Assembly (NCBI GenBank): GCA_965649765.1
Contig: OZ287756.1
Coordinates: 22,320,001-22,384,000, forward strand
Direction: 5' to 3'
Source of the DNA: Bispira polyomma
Lineage: Eukaryota
DNA: 64,000 nt
Made by a program: the position numbers and the translations under genes. Below are positions 1 to 14,608 of the stretch, in pieces. Every line of letters starts with the position of its first letter. The stretch's first letter is position 1. The notes beneath the pieces are model-generated. The model ran no database searches, was not told the DNA's origin, and saw only the letters and a list, made by a program, of their open reading frames with translations.

Positions 1-562
1 GCTTTGATGATGTATACTCTCTGTTCTGTGGTTGTAACAATTGAATTAAATTGCCTCTTTTTTAGCTCTATTCAAATTGATCTATTTCAATGGCAAACAC
101 AAATGCCTTGAAGTGCTTATATTGATTTACAGAAACGCAACCAAATAGTTGTTGCTTGTTCTGATCAATAAATTTTTCTCTACAAACTATTCCACTAGAT
201 GTTAAGAAAGTGAAATTTGTTGTTTTGTGCCTAGATAATATCTTCATTAATATTTCCCTTGAACCAGTACCTGGGTGTAAATCAGTTTAATAGTTAATGT
301 GTCATCATGGTGTCAAACAAATATCAACTAAAGCAATACAGGAGAACATATAAACTGCATAGTAGAGTTAAATAATTTAACTCCTAGAATCATGCGCATG
401 CACATGGTATCAGTCTATGAATTTTTGGTGAAACTCCATCAATTCAAACCCTGTGGTTATCATGCTTGTCATTATGCTGCAATAATTAGTCCCCTAAAGG
501 GGACGTTATAGTAGTACAAACCTGGTGGAGTCATAATGTATTCTGTAAAGACCTACAGATAC

Positions 563-760
563 ATTGATTGATTAATCGATTGATTGATTGGGGTTTAACT
601 TTGCTTTCAACACGTTATATCGGTCATATCACAACGGACAGTTTTACTGGTGGGGCAATGGGGTGCATTCTCGCTGGTCGAGATGCTGCCAACTTTCCCA
701 CATAAAGCTGTGACCATGATTCAAACCCATGACCTCAAATGCAGGAGGCGAGGGACTGTA
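563..760 (-). mobile_element. tRNA-derived SINE (decayed) with (ATTG)n tail
   Basis: (ATTG)n run at 563-590 followed by GGGTTTAAC..GCTTTCAACAC..GGTCATATCAC, shared with the copy at 12485-12698; degenerate B box (GATTCAAACC on +). Confidence 0.65.
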
Positions 761-2712
761 CCGGTACAGAAAAATATTCATGCCAGATACCATGTTACAT
801 GGTTCTAGAAGTTGGATTGATTGACTCTGCCAAGCAGTCGTGATACATTCCCCTGTGTTGATTTGTTTGTCACCAGGATTACCCATTACACATTACTGAA
901 CAGATTTAAAGTATCACCTTGTTTTACCAACTCTCTGAATGCAAGTGAAGGAACCCTCACACACAAATCATACAAAGACCCCACAGGCATGGACAGCCAC
1001 ACATGTAACCATTCACAGCCATTCATTAATATGTTTATTAATATGTCGGTCTGGTGGTTTGAAGAGAGTTAAGTCTTGTCACCCCACACCCAGCTGGACA
1101 TGAGAAGTTTAACACCATTATATCTACAAGGAGGCCAAGTATCAAGCCTACCTTTAACCTTAAACTATTTACACCTAGACTAACACTGATTGCTCAGCCC
1201 TCAGTTTATTGTATGAGATCGGGTATATAAGATATAAGTGAAAATAGCATTTATTCTGAGTGAAACGTTCCCTTAAATATAGAGAATATATTTAAGAATC
1301 CCCAAAACAGAGCAAAATTGAATCTTTGGATAATATATAAGTTTAAATGTCCATTTGTTTATATTTATTTTTCCACTATACTATTACCATTAAAACTATG
1401 CTGAGTACCACTAGCACTGGTTGATTTGGTGCTTCAGAATCTCCTACTTTACCTGATTATAATATTATGTCTAATATGAGGCCGTTATTAACATGTTCGC
1501 TGATTTTGTTAAGTGGGTTTGTTGGGGCTGAGACATAACTGACTCATGTATGACTTTTAGTACAAGTGGGGAATATATTGAGAGACAACAGCTTTGAAAG
1601 TGGTTACATGGATTTTTAACAATATTTTATAGTGAATAGAAAGTCATTGAAATTTGTTGGAGGTATGGAGAGACATCGGTAGGGATAGCCAGAAACATAG
1701 ATAAACATATCTGAATTTAGGTTTAATATCGGTTGCCATATTGGGCTCACAATTCTGTGCAGAAAGTGCACTAGTGATACATCTACACTTCTGTCACATG
1801 ACATAATACACGGGTACACACTTGATTACTGCTCTTTAAAATTAAAAACTTTGAGTTCAAGACAGTCTATTCAACCAATAATCTCAATACATAAGTACTG
1901 ATACACCAAACAATTAATCTACTTAGTAATTCAAGTGAGTTATCACATGTTTTACTGTATGTTACTGGTCTGTTTGAGATAAATAGAACACTTTTTGACA
2001 TAGTATAGTTGTTTATTACACACACCAATAGGTTTAATATAGATTATATTTCAATGTCACACATGGAACATCTACTCATATGATCCATCTTGTGTACTAT
2101 CAAATAACGTCTTGTTTGGCAACTTATCACTTGATAGTGTATAGTATTTCTTTTTGTACTGTGCAAAATGCTATTTTTGGACAAGAACCCCAAGTAGCTT
2201 GTAGCTGTGGATATTAAAGAAATTATGTTTAAATTTAAAACAAAAACAAACTTAATTCAAATGACAAGCAGGTGGTTACTATACTTGGTAAAAGAAGAAA
2301 ACCAAGCACTTTGGGATTGTATATTTTTGATAGTAAGTAAAAATTTAAGTGACATATAAGCCTTTGCAACACTTTTACTTTATAAAACCTATTTAAACCA
2401 AATGTTGTAAAAGCTGGAAAAGTAGGTCGAAAACGTCTGATAAATGGTAGGTTGAAACGTTCTAGTATTCGTTGTATCACCAACATGTACATAAAAGCTG
2501 CACTACACGTTTCCCCCTTTTTTACAGTGCCTCTGTGATGAATGTGGTAGCAATACAGGTAAGTAAAAAAGAGCCCTTTTTAGGGAGAAACATTAGTTTA
2601 TTCTACATTAGCATTTACAGTATGTACATACTGGAGTAGGGGCCACCTTTAATTAATTTAAGGTTAAATGAAACTAAGGTAACCTTAAGTTGATGTTATA
2701 GTAACAAAAAAT

Positions 2713-2915
2713 TAGATTATGGTTACCTTTAAGTTAGGTCACATTAAGGCGACCTTAAATTGGAGTTTGAAGTTAAGCTTGACATTTATGGTTATGTTAA
2801 ATCACTGTCCAATTTAGAATATAATTAATTATACAAAGGTCACCTTAACTTAAAGTTAAAGTAACTAAATTTTTGAGATTATGGTTACCTTTAAGTTAGG
2901 TCACATTAAGGCGAC
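2713..2915. repeat. ~40-bp direct repeat pair within a small palindrome-rich element
   Basis: AGATTATGGTTACCTTTAAGTTAGGTCACATTAAGGCGAC at 2713-2752 and ~2877-2915. Confidence 0.7.
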
Positions 2916-2922
2916 TTCAAAC

Positions 2923-5020
2923 TAGAAGCGTTTATCAAATGATGATCCTTATTTAGGCATATTTTGGACTTTCAACCTTTATAACTCAACCAGTTTCTAA
3001 CATTTTTTTATGTTAGTGGCTCAACTAATAGGTATGGCATTTATTTATCATTTTACTAAATATTATGCCTGTGATATGTATAGAAATATTTAATATGTAA
3101 TTTTTTCCATCTGTCATTGGAGTAAATCCAGCGATCAAACTATGATCCTATTTGTGGTCAAGTAACAGTATGTACTCTTGATTAATACACTGCTTGCATT
3201 TTTATACATTATGCCAAATATGGGCATTTTGTTTGACACTTGCAGAAGCAGTAGACCTGGTTTTGGACAAACAATATTGGCAATTCAGTATTATAGAGAA
3301 TATTATATGTACATCAAGATGAGGTAATAAAGGAAAAAATTTATAAAAGCATGTGTATTCTAAAGAATTCTATTACATGTATTTATTTAAACATAGCAAA
3401 TTGTATTTAATGGCTGATTCATTTTGTCATTGTATGTGTAAATGTCAGAGCCTAACTCACAATTTGGCCAATCTTAAGATGAGCTACAGCCCAACTTAGG
3501 ATCCTATGTTTGTCAGCCTATCCTAAGATAGCCCATGTTGAGATTTGTTGCACAGGAACATAATATAGAAAACTACTATAAAAGTGTATTAAAAAAAGAC
3601 ATAAACTAAAAGTAATGATAATACGGAAGAACATTTACTTTTTTGGATTAGGTACAATCGGGATCTGGTCAACACTTAATCTAGAAAGGCCATCACTTAT
3701 TTGAAATAGTTTATTTTTCATCCATGGTTTCAAATGAGGATCTCTGTTTATATCTTATTTGTTAAGCTATTCAATAATCTCTGTTCCGGGTAAACTTTGC
3801 CCCATTAATAACTGGTGATGTTTTTGAGCCGTCCAGTTTTTCCATATGATCTCTGCGGTCTAAAGAAGGTACTTTAGAACTAGCTATCTTAAATTATAGT
3901 ACAAGAGTTTTGTTTATATAAGCAGCATGAAGTCATAACTAAAATTAGCAATAACAATTCCATTTCTTTATTTGACTTTACCCCAATGCAGTACAAAAGC
4001 AATGTAAATTCAATTTACACCTACATGGATTAAAAACTGTTTTAATCACACAATTTAAATTTGGTTGCCTTTTATTACAACATCCAGTCTTCACAAACAA
4101 ATTAATTAATCCATGGCTTCCCATTACTTGGTACCAAATGCCTTGGTACCTAAGGCATATTGAAAGGGAAAGTGAATTGTGATCTTATAACAATTTAGGG
4201 CAATTTTAAAAATAAAATTATACTCCAACAAAAGATACATTATAAATGTAGGTTTATCAGTAAAACAAGTAATAACTGGAACATTCAATAATAAAATTTA
4301 AACCTGTGATTACATTCAAAAAATTAACAATAATTCATCATCATGTGAATTAATTATTATACAATTGAAACATTTAAGATGTCTAGTTTTCAATTTTAAT
4401 CCAATCTCAAGTTTGGCTAGTTTCCGTTGCCAATCTAAGATGGGATAGCTCACCTTAAAATAGGCTGCCAAACTTATAAGTTGGTCTATTACCCATCTTA
4501 AGATTGATCAATTGTAAGTTGGGCTCTGACATTTACATAATACAATGACAAAAATGAATCAGCCAAATACTACAATTCTTTAGAATACACATGTTTTTGT
4601 CCGTTTTTGCCTTTCTTCCCTCATCTTGATGTACATATATTATTACTTACAATACTGAATTTACAATATTGTTTCTGCAAACCAGGACTCCTGCTTCCAC
4701 AAGTGTCAAACAAAATGCCTATATTTGACCTAGTGCATAAAACTGCAAGCAGTGTACCAATGAAGAGTTCACACTGTCACTTGACCACAAATAGGATCAT
4801 AGTTTGATCGCTGGGTTTAGTCCAATGACAGAAGGAAAAAATTATATATTAAATATTTCTATACATATCATGGGCATAATATTTGGTGGAATGATAAATA
4901 AATGCCATACCTATTAGTTGAGCCACTAACATTAAAAAAATGTTGGAAACTGGTTGAGTTATAAAGGTTCAAAGTCCAAAATATGCCTAAATTAGGATCA
5001 TCATTTGATAAACGCTTCTA
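2923..5020. mobile_element. Foldback-type non-autonomous DNA transposon with ~600-bp inverted arms
   Basis: TAGAAGCGTTTATCAAATGATGATCC at 2923 is the reverse complement of GGATCATCATTTGATAAACGCTTCTA ending at 5020; arm homology continues to ~3550 and ~4420; TA at both ends; no ORF in the spacer. Confidence 0.9.
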
Positions 5021-6483
5021 CCCCTATTTTAAAGACGCCTCTCATTTAAACAACACCCTTTAAGACAGCCATGTCTGCGTCAAACTTATAGGTCTCATAT
5101 CAGAAAGTATTGTGGCTCCTGCCTTTACAAATGGTGTTTTTCCTTCTGATGAAGATCTTGTCTTAAATTGAGCGTGAACTCTCTGAAGACTGGAGATGGT
5201 AATGAACTGAGAAAAGGGGCGGGGGGAGAAACATCCCAACCCCCACCCTGATATTCTATTCAGAGTAAGTTGTGACCTAAATTGGAATATTGTTAATAAA
5301 AGTCTAGTACTTCTATTCCCTTTCAGATTTGTAATACATGCAGCTTTTTCCTAAACTGTCAAGGATTTCTTACAGTTTTCAAGATTTGTAAACAATATTT
5401 ACCTATTTGTTCAAAGCAACCTTCATATGCATATTTTAAAGCCAGTTTTAAATTAAGCAAATTCTTGGCTATTATAATTTCCTCGCCTTTCTATCGATAT
5501 ATGTTGTATTACATAAAATTTATTAATTTACCCTAATTCGACCTGATTGACTGGTTTAATATTTCAGTAGTTGAATCTTTTCTATGAATTTTGTATAAAA
5601 TTTTGATTATTTTGGGGTTTTTAATAAAATGTCCTCCTTTTTATTTGTATCATAACTCTACTGAATATAATATCATATTTACCTGAGTTTGATTCACCTG
5701 TCCTAATCAGTATAAAAATAAAATCCCTGTGTAAAGCAAGTGACTTCCATCTTAATTCATGCATACTTTACATCATCTGCTTCTCAGTATACACCAGCCA
5801 CTCACCCCCCTCCCCCCCCCCCACCCTGTCTCTTATCCTTAGTCAGTAGTGATCACAGTACATAGATGTAATGTAGTAGAATATGAAAAGGGAGATTTTG
5901 ATTTAATTTAATTTGGGATTAGAACTGATCCAAGAAGTGGTAATGGCCCAAAAGACAGCATACTATACAGGAAGACACAATTGGATTTACACAGATTATT
6001 ACGCCTATTTGCTGATTACAGGGACGTGTTTGCTGCTTACCACTGATGATCACTTAAAGGGATGAAGAAGAAGGGGGGTGGTTAGGTTTTTTATCAAGAA
6101 GTTTATCGTAGAAATAAAGTCTGCAAGCGTGTACATTATTGGAGATTAGTCTAAAGGACGGCTTTACCAGTGGAATAAGGGAAGAGGGCTGATAGGCCCG
6201 AGTACATTATGCCAGAATGCCGTCCTTGAGTCAACTTGCTAATATTAAAATATGCGCTCACAGAATTTATTTTAAAGCAAATAATAATTTTCCAATTCAG
6301 TGAAAACTATTTTTGTTGTATCACTTCTTTTTCGTATCGGTACTTTAATCTTCCCAGATAGAGTACGACTACAAATTATGCATGTGACGGATTTTGTGTT
6401 TAATGCACACTTCATGTCTTGATAATTCTGGATAAGTTCTAGTAACTAAAAAAACTAGGGCAATATGGCTATGTGGGATTAAA

Positions 6484-6735
6484 GGGGCCGCGGTGGCCTA
6501 GTGGTTAGCAAGCATTGCGCTTCACAATCACTGGTCTCTCACCTCTGGGCGGCGTAGGTTCGAATCACGTCGATGCCTATGTGGGAAAGGTGGTAGTTCC
6601 TTACTGTGGCCCGCTGGTTTCAGTGCAGAACCTTGATCAACTGTATGCAGTGTTTCCTCCAGCGTTTCCAACTACCCGTCCCAATATAAGCTAAACAGGT
6701 ACTACAGTGGACATTAAATATCCAAATTCAAAAAA
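6484..6735 (+). mobile_element. Full-length tRNA-derived SINE with target-site duplication
   Basis: A box TGGCCTAGTGG, B box GGTTCGAATC, A-rich end; 15-bp TSD CTATGTGG(G/C)ATTAAA at 6469-6483 and 6736-6750. Confidence 0.85.
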
Positions 6736-8534
6736 CTATGTGGCATTAAATTACTGGAGAATCTTTTGCAAATACCTTTCAAGTATCAATTTTGTTTGTG
6801 TTGCTGTTTGTTTTTTGCCACATTATATTGTAGTTATAATTACTTTATTTACATGAGCAATCGAAAATGATAAGTGTGAGATCCCACACATTAGGATGGG
6901 ATTTACAAAAACTTGTTGCAAAATAGATTATACAATAGATGCAACATTAACATTAATTTGTAGACGAAAGAAAAAAATTTACCACATCTATCAATAAGAA
7001 GGTTGGATTTGCCATTTAAACTTTAAAGAATAAATATATTACTGTGCAACAAGTATGTTAATCAAAATGTTTTTACTTCTATAGCACCACAATCGATGAT
7101 CAGGCATTCTCTGTGGCGTATATCCGAATCAGTATGCATAGGAATAGTAATAAAAGAAGATTTGTTTTCAATGGTTTTAGATACTCTGATTTACTTAATA
7201 GTGAAACAACCAGTTTAATAAAATAAAATAAAAAAAACATAAAAATATTTTAATTCGACATAAAAACTGCAATAAACTAAACAGCAATAATAAGATATTA
7301 AAAGATAACGCTTAAGAGTTGTCAACATAAAACATTGAATAAAAGTACAAATTTTTCAATATTGTGTATTTTTTGGCAAAAGCTGGTACTACTATGTATA
7401 CAATATTGAAGACAAAAAAAATATATAAAAATCATCTGCGAAAGATATCTATCAAACCAACCAATTCAAAAGACCAATATTAGACTTATATAGTATATTC
7501 TTGTTCTGTAAAAAAATAAATATATATATTATAAATCCAAATTGTGCAATAACATTCCAGTTGTTTACCAAACTATTCAGCCTCGTTTTGTGTCATTTTT
7601 AAGTCATAGATGGGCGCAGAATGAAACACATTGGAACAGTGATAGAAAGATTTTCACTGCTGAGACGTGAAATCTCTTTGTTAAATATTGGTTAAGGTTC
7701 ACTTAATTGGAGGCATTTTTAACCTGAATACACATACTCTCTGCTTAGGTCAAATAAATATTACAGGAAAATTACCTTTAGCTGTATTTATAGTTATGTG
7801 TTAAAACAAACAACACACATAAAATCTAGCAGGTTACTCAGTACAGTCCATACCTCAACTAATAAGGTGCGACAGTGACAAAAAGTGAAAACAAATTCAA
7901 AGAACCATCCTTGTAACCTAATCCGGACATTTTATGCCTGAGTATCACATAGGCAACCAAATCGCACGACAGTATTAAGAAAGAGATGGGACAGCCATGA
8001 GACTACAGTGAGACAGCATTGAGACATGGATAGAACAATGGTATAAGAAATGTCAATTTTGGGTTCTTACATGACATTATGCCTCTGATTGTAAGACATT
8101 AATGGCATTTTATACAATATCATTGCCGCATTGTCTCTGTCATGTCTTCTGCTTTTCTCATACTGTCACCTCCACCTAATTGGTGTGGCAACAAATAGAA
8201 GACAATGCCAGACTATGAAAACGACAGTGTGGCGACTTCGAAGACAAAAGACGAGTCAATAAGACGATTGTCTGCACATTGTCTCCTCAGAGGGTTGTTG
8301 TGGCACGACAATCGAGCAGAGGCGATTACTGAAGACAACAAAAGGAATTGAGGAAACATGAAGAAAACAATCCGCTATCAAATTTTGTGTCAATCTGTAA
8401 AATTCCGGTGAAAAAAAAAAACCAATAAATATCATCAATGTCTTTTTTTGACAGAAGCAATTTAAACAATGTACTACTTAATCTATAATATATATATTTT
8501 TTTAAATTCGCGTATTCCATGCTAAATTAACTTA

Positions 8535-8689
8535 CAGTAGAACCTCTATTATCCGAAAGTTGTGTGGGAGTGTAGAACTGTGTTTGGATAATAGAAGGTT
8601 CATAAAATAGAAGAGGCAGTTTTAGTGTACATGAGTTTATAAAATCAAATGTTTGGGCAACATAAGTTCAGATAATAGAGGTTCTACTT
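8535..8689. mobile_element. Tc1/pogo(Tigger)-type MITE
   Basis: TA|CAGTAGAACCTCTATTATCCGAA ... TTCAGATAATAGAGGTTCTACTT|TA terminal inverted repeats with TA flanks. Confidence 0.8.
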
Positions 8690-9061
8690 TAAATCCAGCT
8701 AACTTAAGCCACAAGTGTCCACCTGTGCAGTGTTGTGTACTAACAGAAGCTTCATATAAACATCAGAAGATGTACTTTGGTGTGTGGGCTTTAAGTGTCC
8801 ACTCCTGTCTGCCCTATCTTTTACTATTGTTTGCTCCATGCAGCATATCCATTTCCCTTGTTCCAACGATTGTCTTCTTTTGTACCTCATATCTTGTATG
8901 TAACTACCAAATTACAACTGACTGTCCTCCACTACTAAAATATTTCCATTCACTAAAAGTATGTATTCTTGGCTATATATTGATTATTGGAGATACCTGG
9001 TATGAAATTATCCCTTTGCCAACTATGCTAAAATGCTGTTATGCATATAAATAAACATTGT

Positions 9062-9270
9062 TGAGTCTAGTGGTGTAGTGGTAACACACTCGCCTCCCAT
9101 CTCTGCCATTGTGGATTCGTCTTGAGTTCCTGACATGTATCTAACGAAAGTCAGCAGGGGACTTGCTGAAGGATGGTGGTTTGCAGAACCCAAAAACCTT
9201 AACCAACTAAACATGTTTTCATTTCCTTTAACAGTGATCTGCCTGACGTGATACAACACTAACTTTCCAC
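9062..9270 (+). mobile_element. Decayed tRNA-derived SINE
   Basis: A-box-like TGGTGTAGTGGTAACACACTCGCC matching the head of the 12485-12698 copy; rest degenerate. Confidence 0.55.
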
Positions 9271-12200
9271 GTTAGCCATTTTAAGACCATTTCCTTATAC
9301 ACCAATCACTGGGTATAAAAACATAGAAAAATTACAGAATTAGTGTCAGTGAATGGATACTCTCTGGGAACGACTACACGGAAAAAACACAGGCGGATTT
9401 TGAAAGATGAAATATTTTATATTTCAAATCAAATCTGTGTCGGTTTTTCAGTTAACGACCATCGGCAGTCTGTCACATGTAAACATACCACATCTCTAGA
9501 AAAAGAACCAATTTGTGACATGGTTGATTTTAATGAGATTCATTTTGTGTGACATTCAGTACAGGTTGAGGGTGATTTATTTTTTTCGATTTGAAAATAA
9601 GATTATATAGTTGGCGATGTCCAAATTCTATCCCAACAGTTATTTAATACTCATGCCATTCTATATCTTATATCATTAATCTAATGCATAAGTTACACTC
9701 TTTTAAAATAGAGTATGCTCTTTTTTTAAGGCCAAATATCCCAGTTGTAATTTATGTTTTAAGGGTACTTTAAATACTTTTATACAAAAATTAAATGCTT
9801 AGCTGTGGGTTTTTGAAATATATTTTTGGCTTAAATCACAACAGTGTGTATTAGTAATAAATAAGTTTGTTGGTGCAGCATCAACGTACCATGCCAAAAA
9901 ATTAAACAATTCACGGATCCGATCCCTTCTCTACCCGAATCTTCTTCTTCAAAATGTAATGTATTCTGCCTTGGCCCATGCCTAAATCCAACACCAAATT
10001 CCATGTAAATCACTTCAATAGTGTTTGACTGATCCTGGTGACAAAAAAAGACACCAAACAAACCCACTAACAGAAACCTGCACTGACAACATCCTGGGCT
10101 AAGATCAAGATTACCAACTGGCTGACTAAAAAACAGGCTTTTTGTTTTTAGTTTAGCCTTTGTTTTTACACATGGGCTTGTATATGTTAACCATGTTATT
10201 TGTAGAAAATAATTCTTTATATCCTAACATTTTGTATTATACCTGGCACTTTTAATCTTATCCTTGTGATGCAAACAACAACAAAAATCCCAGGTAAGAA
10301 CCAGCAACATATCCAAAATAGGTTTGTGTTCCAGTTAGATCATAATGTGTGCACGTGTATTTGTTGAGAAAACAAATGAATAACCTAATTGGAGTATAAC
10401 TAGGCCTTTATACCACAGTTCTTAGTATTACAATACATAAAAGACACTACACAAGAATACACAGGAAAAACTCATAAATGTAAAAGCAGAAGAAAGCTGT
10501 CCTTTTAAAGGCATCTGGACTGGTATTCTCGAAAGTATACTCGGTGTAAACTCATAGTCAACTACAATCGGGATTCTCCATAACTCTGGATATACAGAAA
10601 ACATATCTAAAATATGACACATCATATTTGAATGCAGTGTTGAAAGCTCTATTAAAATAATTGGTCACAAGTATAGGTTATTTCTATGTATAGATGATTT
10701 CCAGCCTATATTTAAGTTAAGTTTGAATTTAAACATGAATTTATTTTGAAAATATACCAGCTCTGATTTTTCTTTCTTTAGAAAGAGACAGAGAATTTCT
10801 ACCAATTTCTTAACCTTCATCATATCAGCAATAGGTGCCCTCTCTTCAAACCCCTTTTCTAGCCAACTACCATTTAAATGACAAATAACAAAGTGAAGGT
10901 TTCTTTCTTTCTCCATTAACACCAGTTACTTTCTAAGATTCAGCAGAAAAGGATTCTTCAACACTTCATTGGTATTCTCAAGACACAAAATACAAGTCAA
11001 ACTATAACTAAGAGCTCCATACTAAAACCTAAAATATATGCAGACAGGAAGACCCACATTTTAGGCCTCCCCCCTACCCACCCACCCGAAAAAAACCCAT
11101 CAAGAATTCATCTACACACTTAACCCTTAATTCAAGCAAATTAGTGTGGCTATGTTTGACCTCAGCAGCCCCTAAAATACTGCAACAATTACTTAAAAGG
11201 CAGAGGCCTTTGCCCCAGAAAACCGAATTTGTGACAAACTCCATCTTGGGAGGAAATGAGATTAAGACCCTCTCAATGAGTGCTGTCTTTTAACAGAATC
11301 ACAATTTGCCAGCCAGGCTTTTTAAAACAGAATTAGACCTTTGTTGGCAGAGGTTATTGGTAAATGTCTTTCTCCCGTTATTTCTGTGAAGTGCTCTCCG
11401 GTCACATGACTTTGTGTGCAAATATAGCAGTCAATATCCTTGAACAGAACAGTATAACATCGTCTGTAAATAGCAATGTTTTTCTCATATACAGAAATGA
11501 ACTTTTCCTAGAAATTTTTGGTATAGTTTTTCATATAAAGGGCTGGTAACATTTCAAATCATTTAATAAAAATGTTTTAACATAAAGTGCTAGTAAAGTT
11601 ACAAAGCATGTAGAGAGCAGTGTTTTATAAAAAAAATGCTGGGTGTAACATTTTAAATCATATACTGAACACTGTTTTATATAAAGTGCCTATACAGTTA
11701 CACATCACATACTGTCCCTTGCAGTGTTTTATAATGTTTGTATATGTAAGTGTGAAGTTTTAGATCAAACACAGAACTGACCATATGCGTTTTTCCTTAT
11801 GCCTGCATACTTTTACAGACATATGAAATTGAAGACACACCATCTGTCGCATAATGTTTATGTCACATACTGTCACTTTCTTAACACAAATCACCACTTT
11901 TAAACAAATGTTGGGGAAGGCCTCTTTAAACCTACCATCCAGCATGAAAGTTTTGAACAGTCGTGGGGGGAGCCACTAATCCTCGCCAAGGCATTTCTAA
12001 AACTTTTCCAAATTTTCTGACATGTAGGGCGACATTGCGACAGCGATTTATTTGTGATAAATTCGGGGGTGGCGATTCATGTAAATGAGACATAAGGGAT
12101 CAGGGTCTATGAAATAAACAGGAAGAAAGCGAGGGAGCAGTACATGAATCCTGCGATAAGTGACTACATGCTGTATAACCTTGCTCTTGACCTTGTGTAA

Positions 12201-12484
12201 TTCACCCAGGTTGATGCAGTTTGAAGCAGATGGAGGGTTAGTCTGAATGCTCACAATCCGGGTCAAATCTGGATAATTTTCAACCTTCCTCTAGACGTGG
12301 TTTCAAGCAGATTCAACAGATTAAACTACATCCTGCATTTAAATTTCCATGCATTTAAGGCAACCACCTAGTCAGTTTCTCCTTCTATTGTAAACAAACA
12401 CCAGGTTGAAATGTTTCTTTCGGGTTATTTTTCCCCACTTGTACTGTGTTGTAATGCATATTTAACTCCTGGTTTGTTTTTAGA

Positions 12485-12698
12485 TTTGGGGTTTAACGTC
12501 GCTTTCAACACATTGTATAGGTCATATCACGACGGGTATTTTTAGTGTTGGAGGAAACAAGTGTATACTACTGGTTGGTCTCGAATTTACAGTGTAAACC
12601 AAGTAATTGACAACTTTTCCACTTAAAGCCCTTAAGATTCGAACTGAGACCATACAGGTAAAAAGGCGAGTGTATTAGCACTGGGCCACCGAGGCCCC
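12485..12698 (-). mobile_element. tRNA-derived SINE
   Basis: Minus strand starts GGGGCCTCGGTGGCCCAGTG (A box), B box GTTCGAATC; body related to the 6484 and 563 copies. Confidence 0.8.
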
Positions 12699-14061
12699 TA
12701 TGTTACTCTTGATAAGATTTGTGTTTGTGTCCATTAAAGTAAAGCCACATCAATTACTAGATGTTTTGCTTCTTTGATCATATTGAGATTTCTGTTGCTT
12801 TAAAATATTCACGTTTTGAGTATGAAAGGGAATAAGTAAAACAGTTTGCCCTCAGAAATACAAGACTTTGCCTTATTTAAAAGAAAGTAGACATTTTCAC
12901 AGGGAAATAGTTTTAGTTCAAATGAGCTTAGATGGTGAAAATTAATTCCAAGTGTAAGTTTGTATTGATTTTTTAACTAAGTAATAGCTAGTATTGAAAA
13001 TAGGTTGTTAATTGGTAAAACATTATAAATTGGTGAAATCCAGCTAATTTCTACAGTTTCTTGGAGACACCATATGGGACATCAATTGCATGATACTGTA
13101 GATACTACATGTATAGGACAAAAATACACTCAATACAGAGTAAATCTCTACAAATTTTTTTCTATGAAACTTTTAATCTTTTTAAAATTTTCTAGAATAA
13201 ACACAATACATATAAAACCTCTTTTATCCGAGCAAATTATAAGAAAAAAAGTTGATAAAATTACATGAATAGTAATATATAACAAGAGCAAAGTCCAAAC
13301 TTGGTTATAAAATTCAACTTTTGGAGTGCATGATTAGAATGGCATAAGTTATACTAAAAAAAAAACAAACCATTTCTTGATTATGTGTAACCACTATTAT
13401 CAACACTATTACCATCCACACGATAAATAATTTGGGTTTTGAGTCACACTCATACAAAGCATTAGCTAGATGTATAGATAAACAATACCTTTGTGGTACA
13501 TATTATAAAAAAACTTGTCTATCAAATATTTCAAAAGATGAGGGGCGTCTGTTACACAGAAAGTACTGCATATACAATGGGTTATTACATTATAAAATTA
13601 CATCTTAAAAAACTAAATTGTTATACTTAATTTCTAGATATGAAGCATTGAAAAAATAAATGCAAACATGCTTCTTTTTTGGCAACAGGACTACATTCAC
13701 CTTCTATTATGATACACAATACATAAGTGATATATACACGATATACATGTACACAAGACATTGGCATCTATAACAATTTGTATCCTGCATACTGTCAAAT
13801 CAATACAGAAAATAATAACAAATTGTATGTAAGTACATCATTATCAATCTAGCACCCGAGTTCAAACCCACTACCTTCGTTTTCAATCTATTAGTGTTGT
13901 CTTATAAATGTATTTATTATTACAACTTAAGGCAATACCACAAAGTTACAAACTAAATGTAACCATATTACACTGTACACGTATGGACATTTAGATAAAG
14001 CTGTGACATTTTATTGCTGTGTTAACCCATGTCATCTGCCTAAACAACCAAAAGTCAAATA

Positions 14062-14235
14062 CAGTGGAACCTCTATTACCAAAACTTCTGTTTACAAAAT
14101 ATTCGATTTGATGAATTTCTACTCATTCCCAAATTTATATTTTTTTCAATAATGCCTGTTTAATTTTAGAACCCTTCTATTATCCCAATAAAATCTTGCT
14201 CTCCCAACATGATTTAAATAACAGAGCATCCACTG
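14062..14235. mobile_element. Tc1/pogo-type MITE, same family as 8535-8689
   Basis: TA|CAGTGGAACCTCTATTA ... TAACAGAGCATCCACTG|TA. Confidence 0.7.
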
Positions 14236-14384
14236 TACCTCTATGCAAAACCTAGTTGCATTTATTTTCTACTGGAGTCCCTACCAGTCTTTAGTTTTAA
14301 GATACTGTAGGACGGAGTAACTTATCTCAAGCATTTGTTCAAATACAATTACAGTATGCAGTGGTAGTAATTTGACTGTATATA

Positions 14385-14605
14385 TTTTACAATATTTAAA
14401 ATACAATATTTTTACAATACAGGCAACAATTACAGTAGTTTTAATATTTACATTTTACAAGACTTTAATACAATACTTATAGAATACAGGCGACAGTTAC
14501 AGTAGTTCAACTTTTTACATTTTACAATATTTCAGTACAATACTTTTACTATACAGGCAACAGTTAAAGTATTTTAACTATTTACATTTGTTTTTTTACA
14601 ATACT
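14385..14605. repeat. Degenerate ~67-bp tandem repeat (3 copies) just downstream of the 650-aa ORF stop
   Basis: ATACAGGC(A/G)ACA(A/G)TTA(C/A)AGTA recurs at ~14417, 14483, 14551. Confidence 0.75.
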
Positions 14606-14608
14606 TCA

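Noticed and set aside
860-1810. Possible ancient LINE remnants (VKQGDTL; SQL..PT..GLILDIIL on the minus strand)
   Set aside because: Motifs too short and interrupted to support a call without a search
5890-6250. Enhancer-like motif-rich blocks (also ~12040-12290 and ~19385-19530)
   Set aside because: Only short TAAT or GC-box matches; not distinguishable from chance without conservation data
6484-6575. tRNA gene
   Set aside because: A and B boxes are present but no clean cloverleaf; it continues into a SINE body and is flanked by a TSD
7870-8410. GACA/CGAC-rich stretch suggesting a transposon interior (similar pieces at 9360-9485, 18900-19270, 63450-63600)
   Set aside because: Could not define both termini or a TSD
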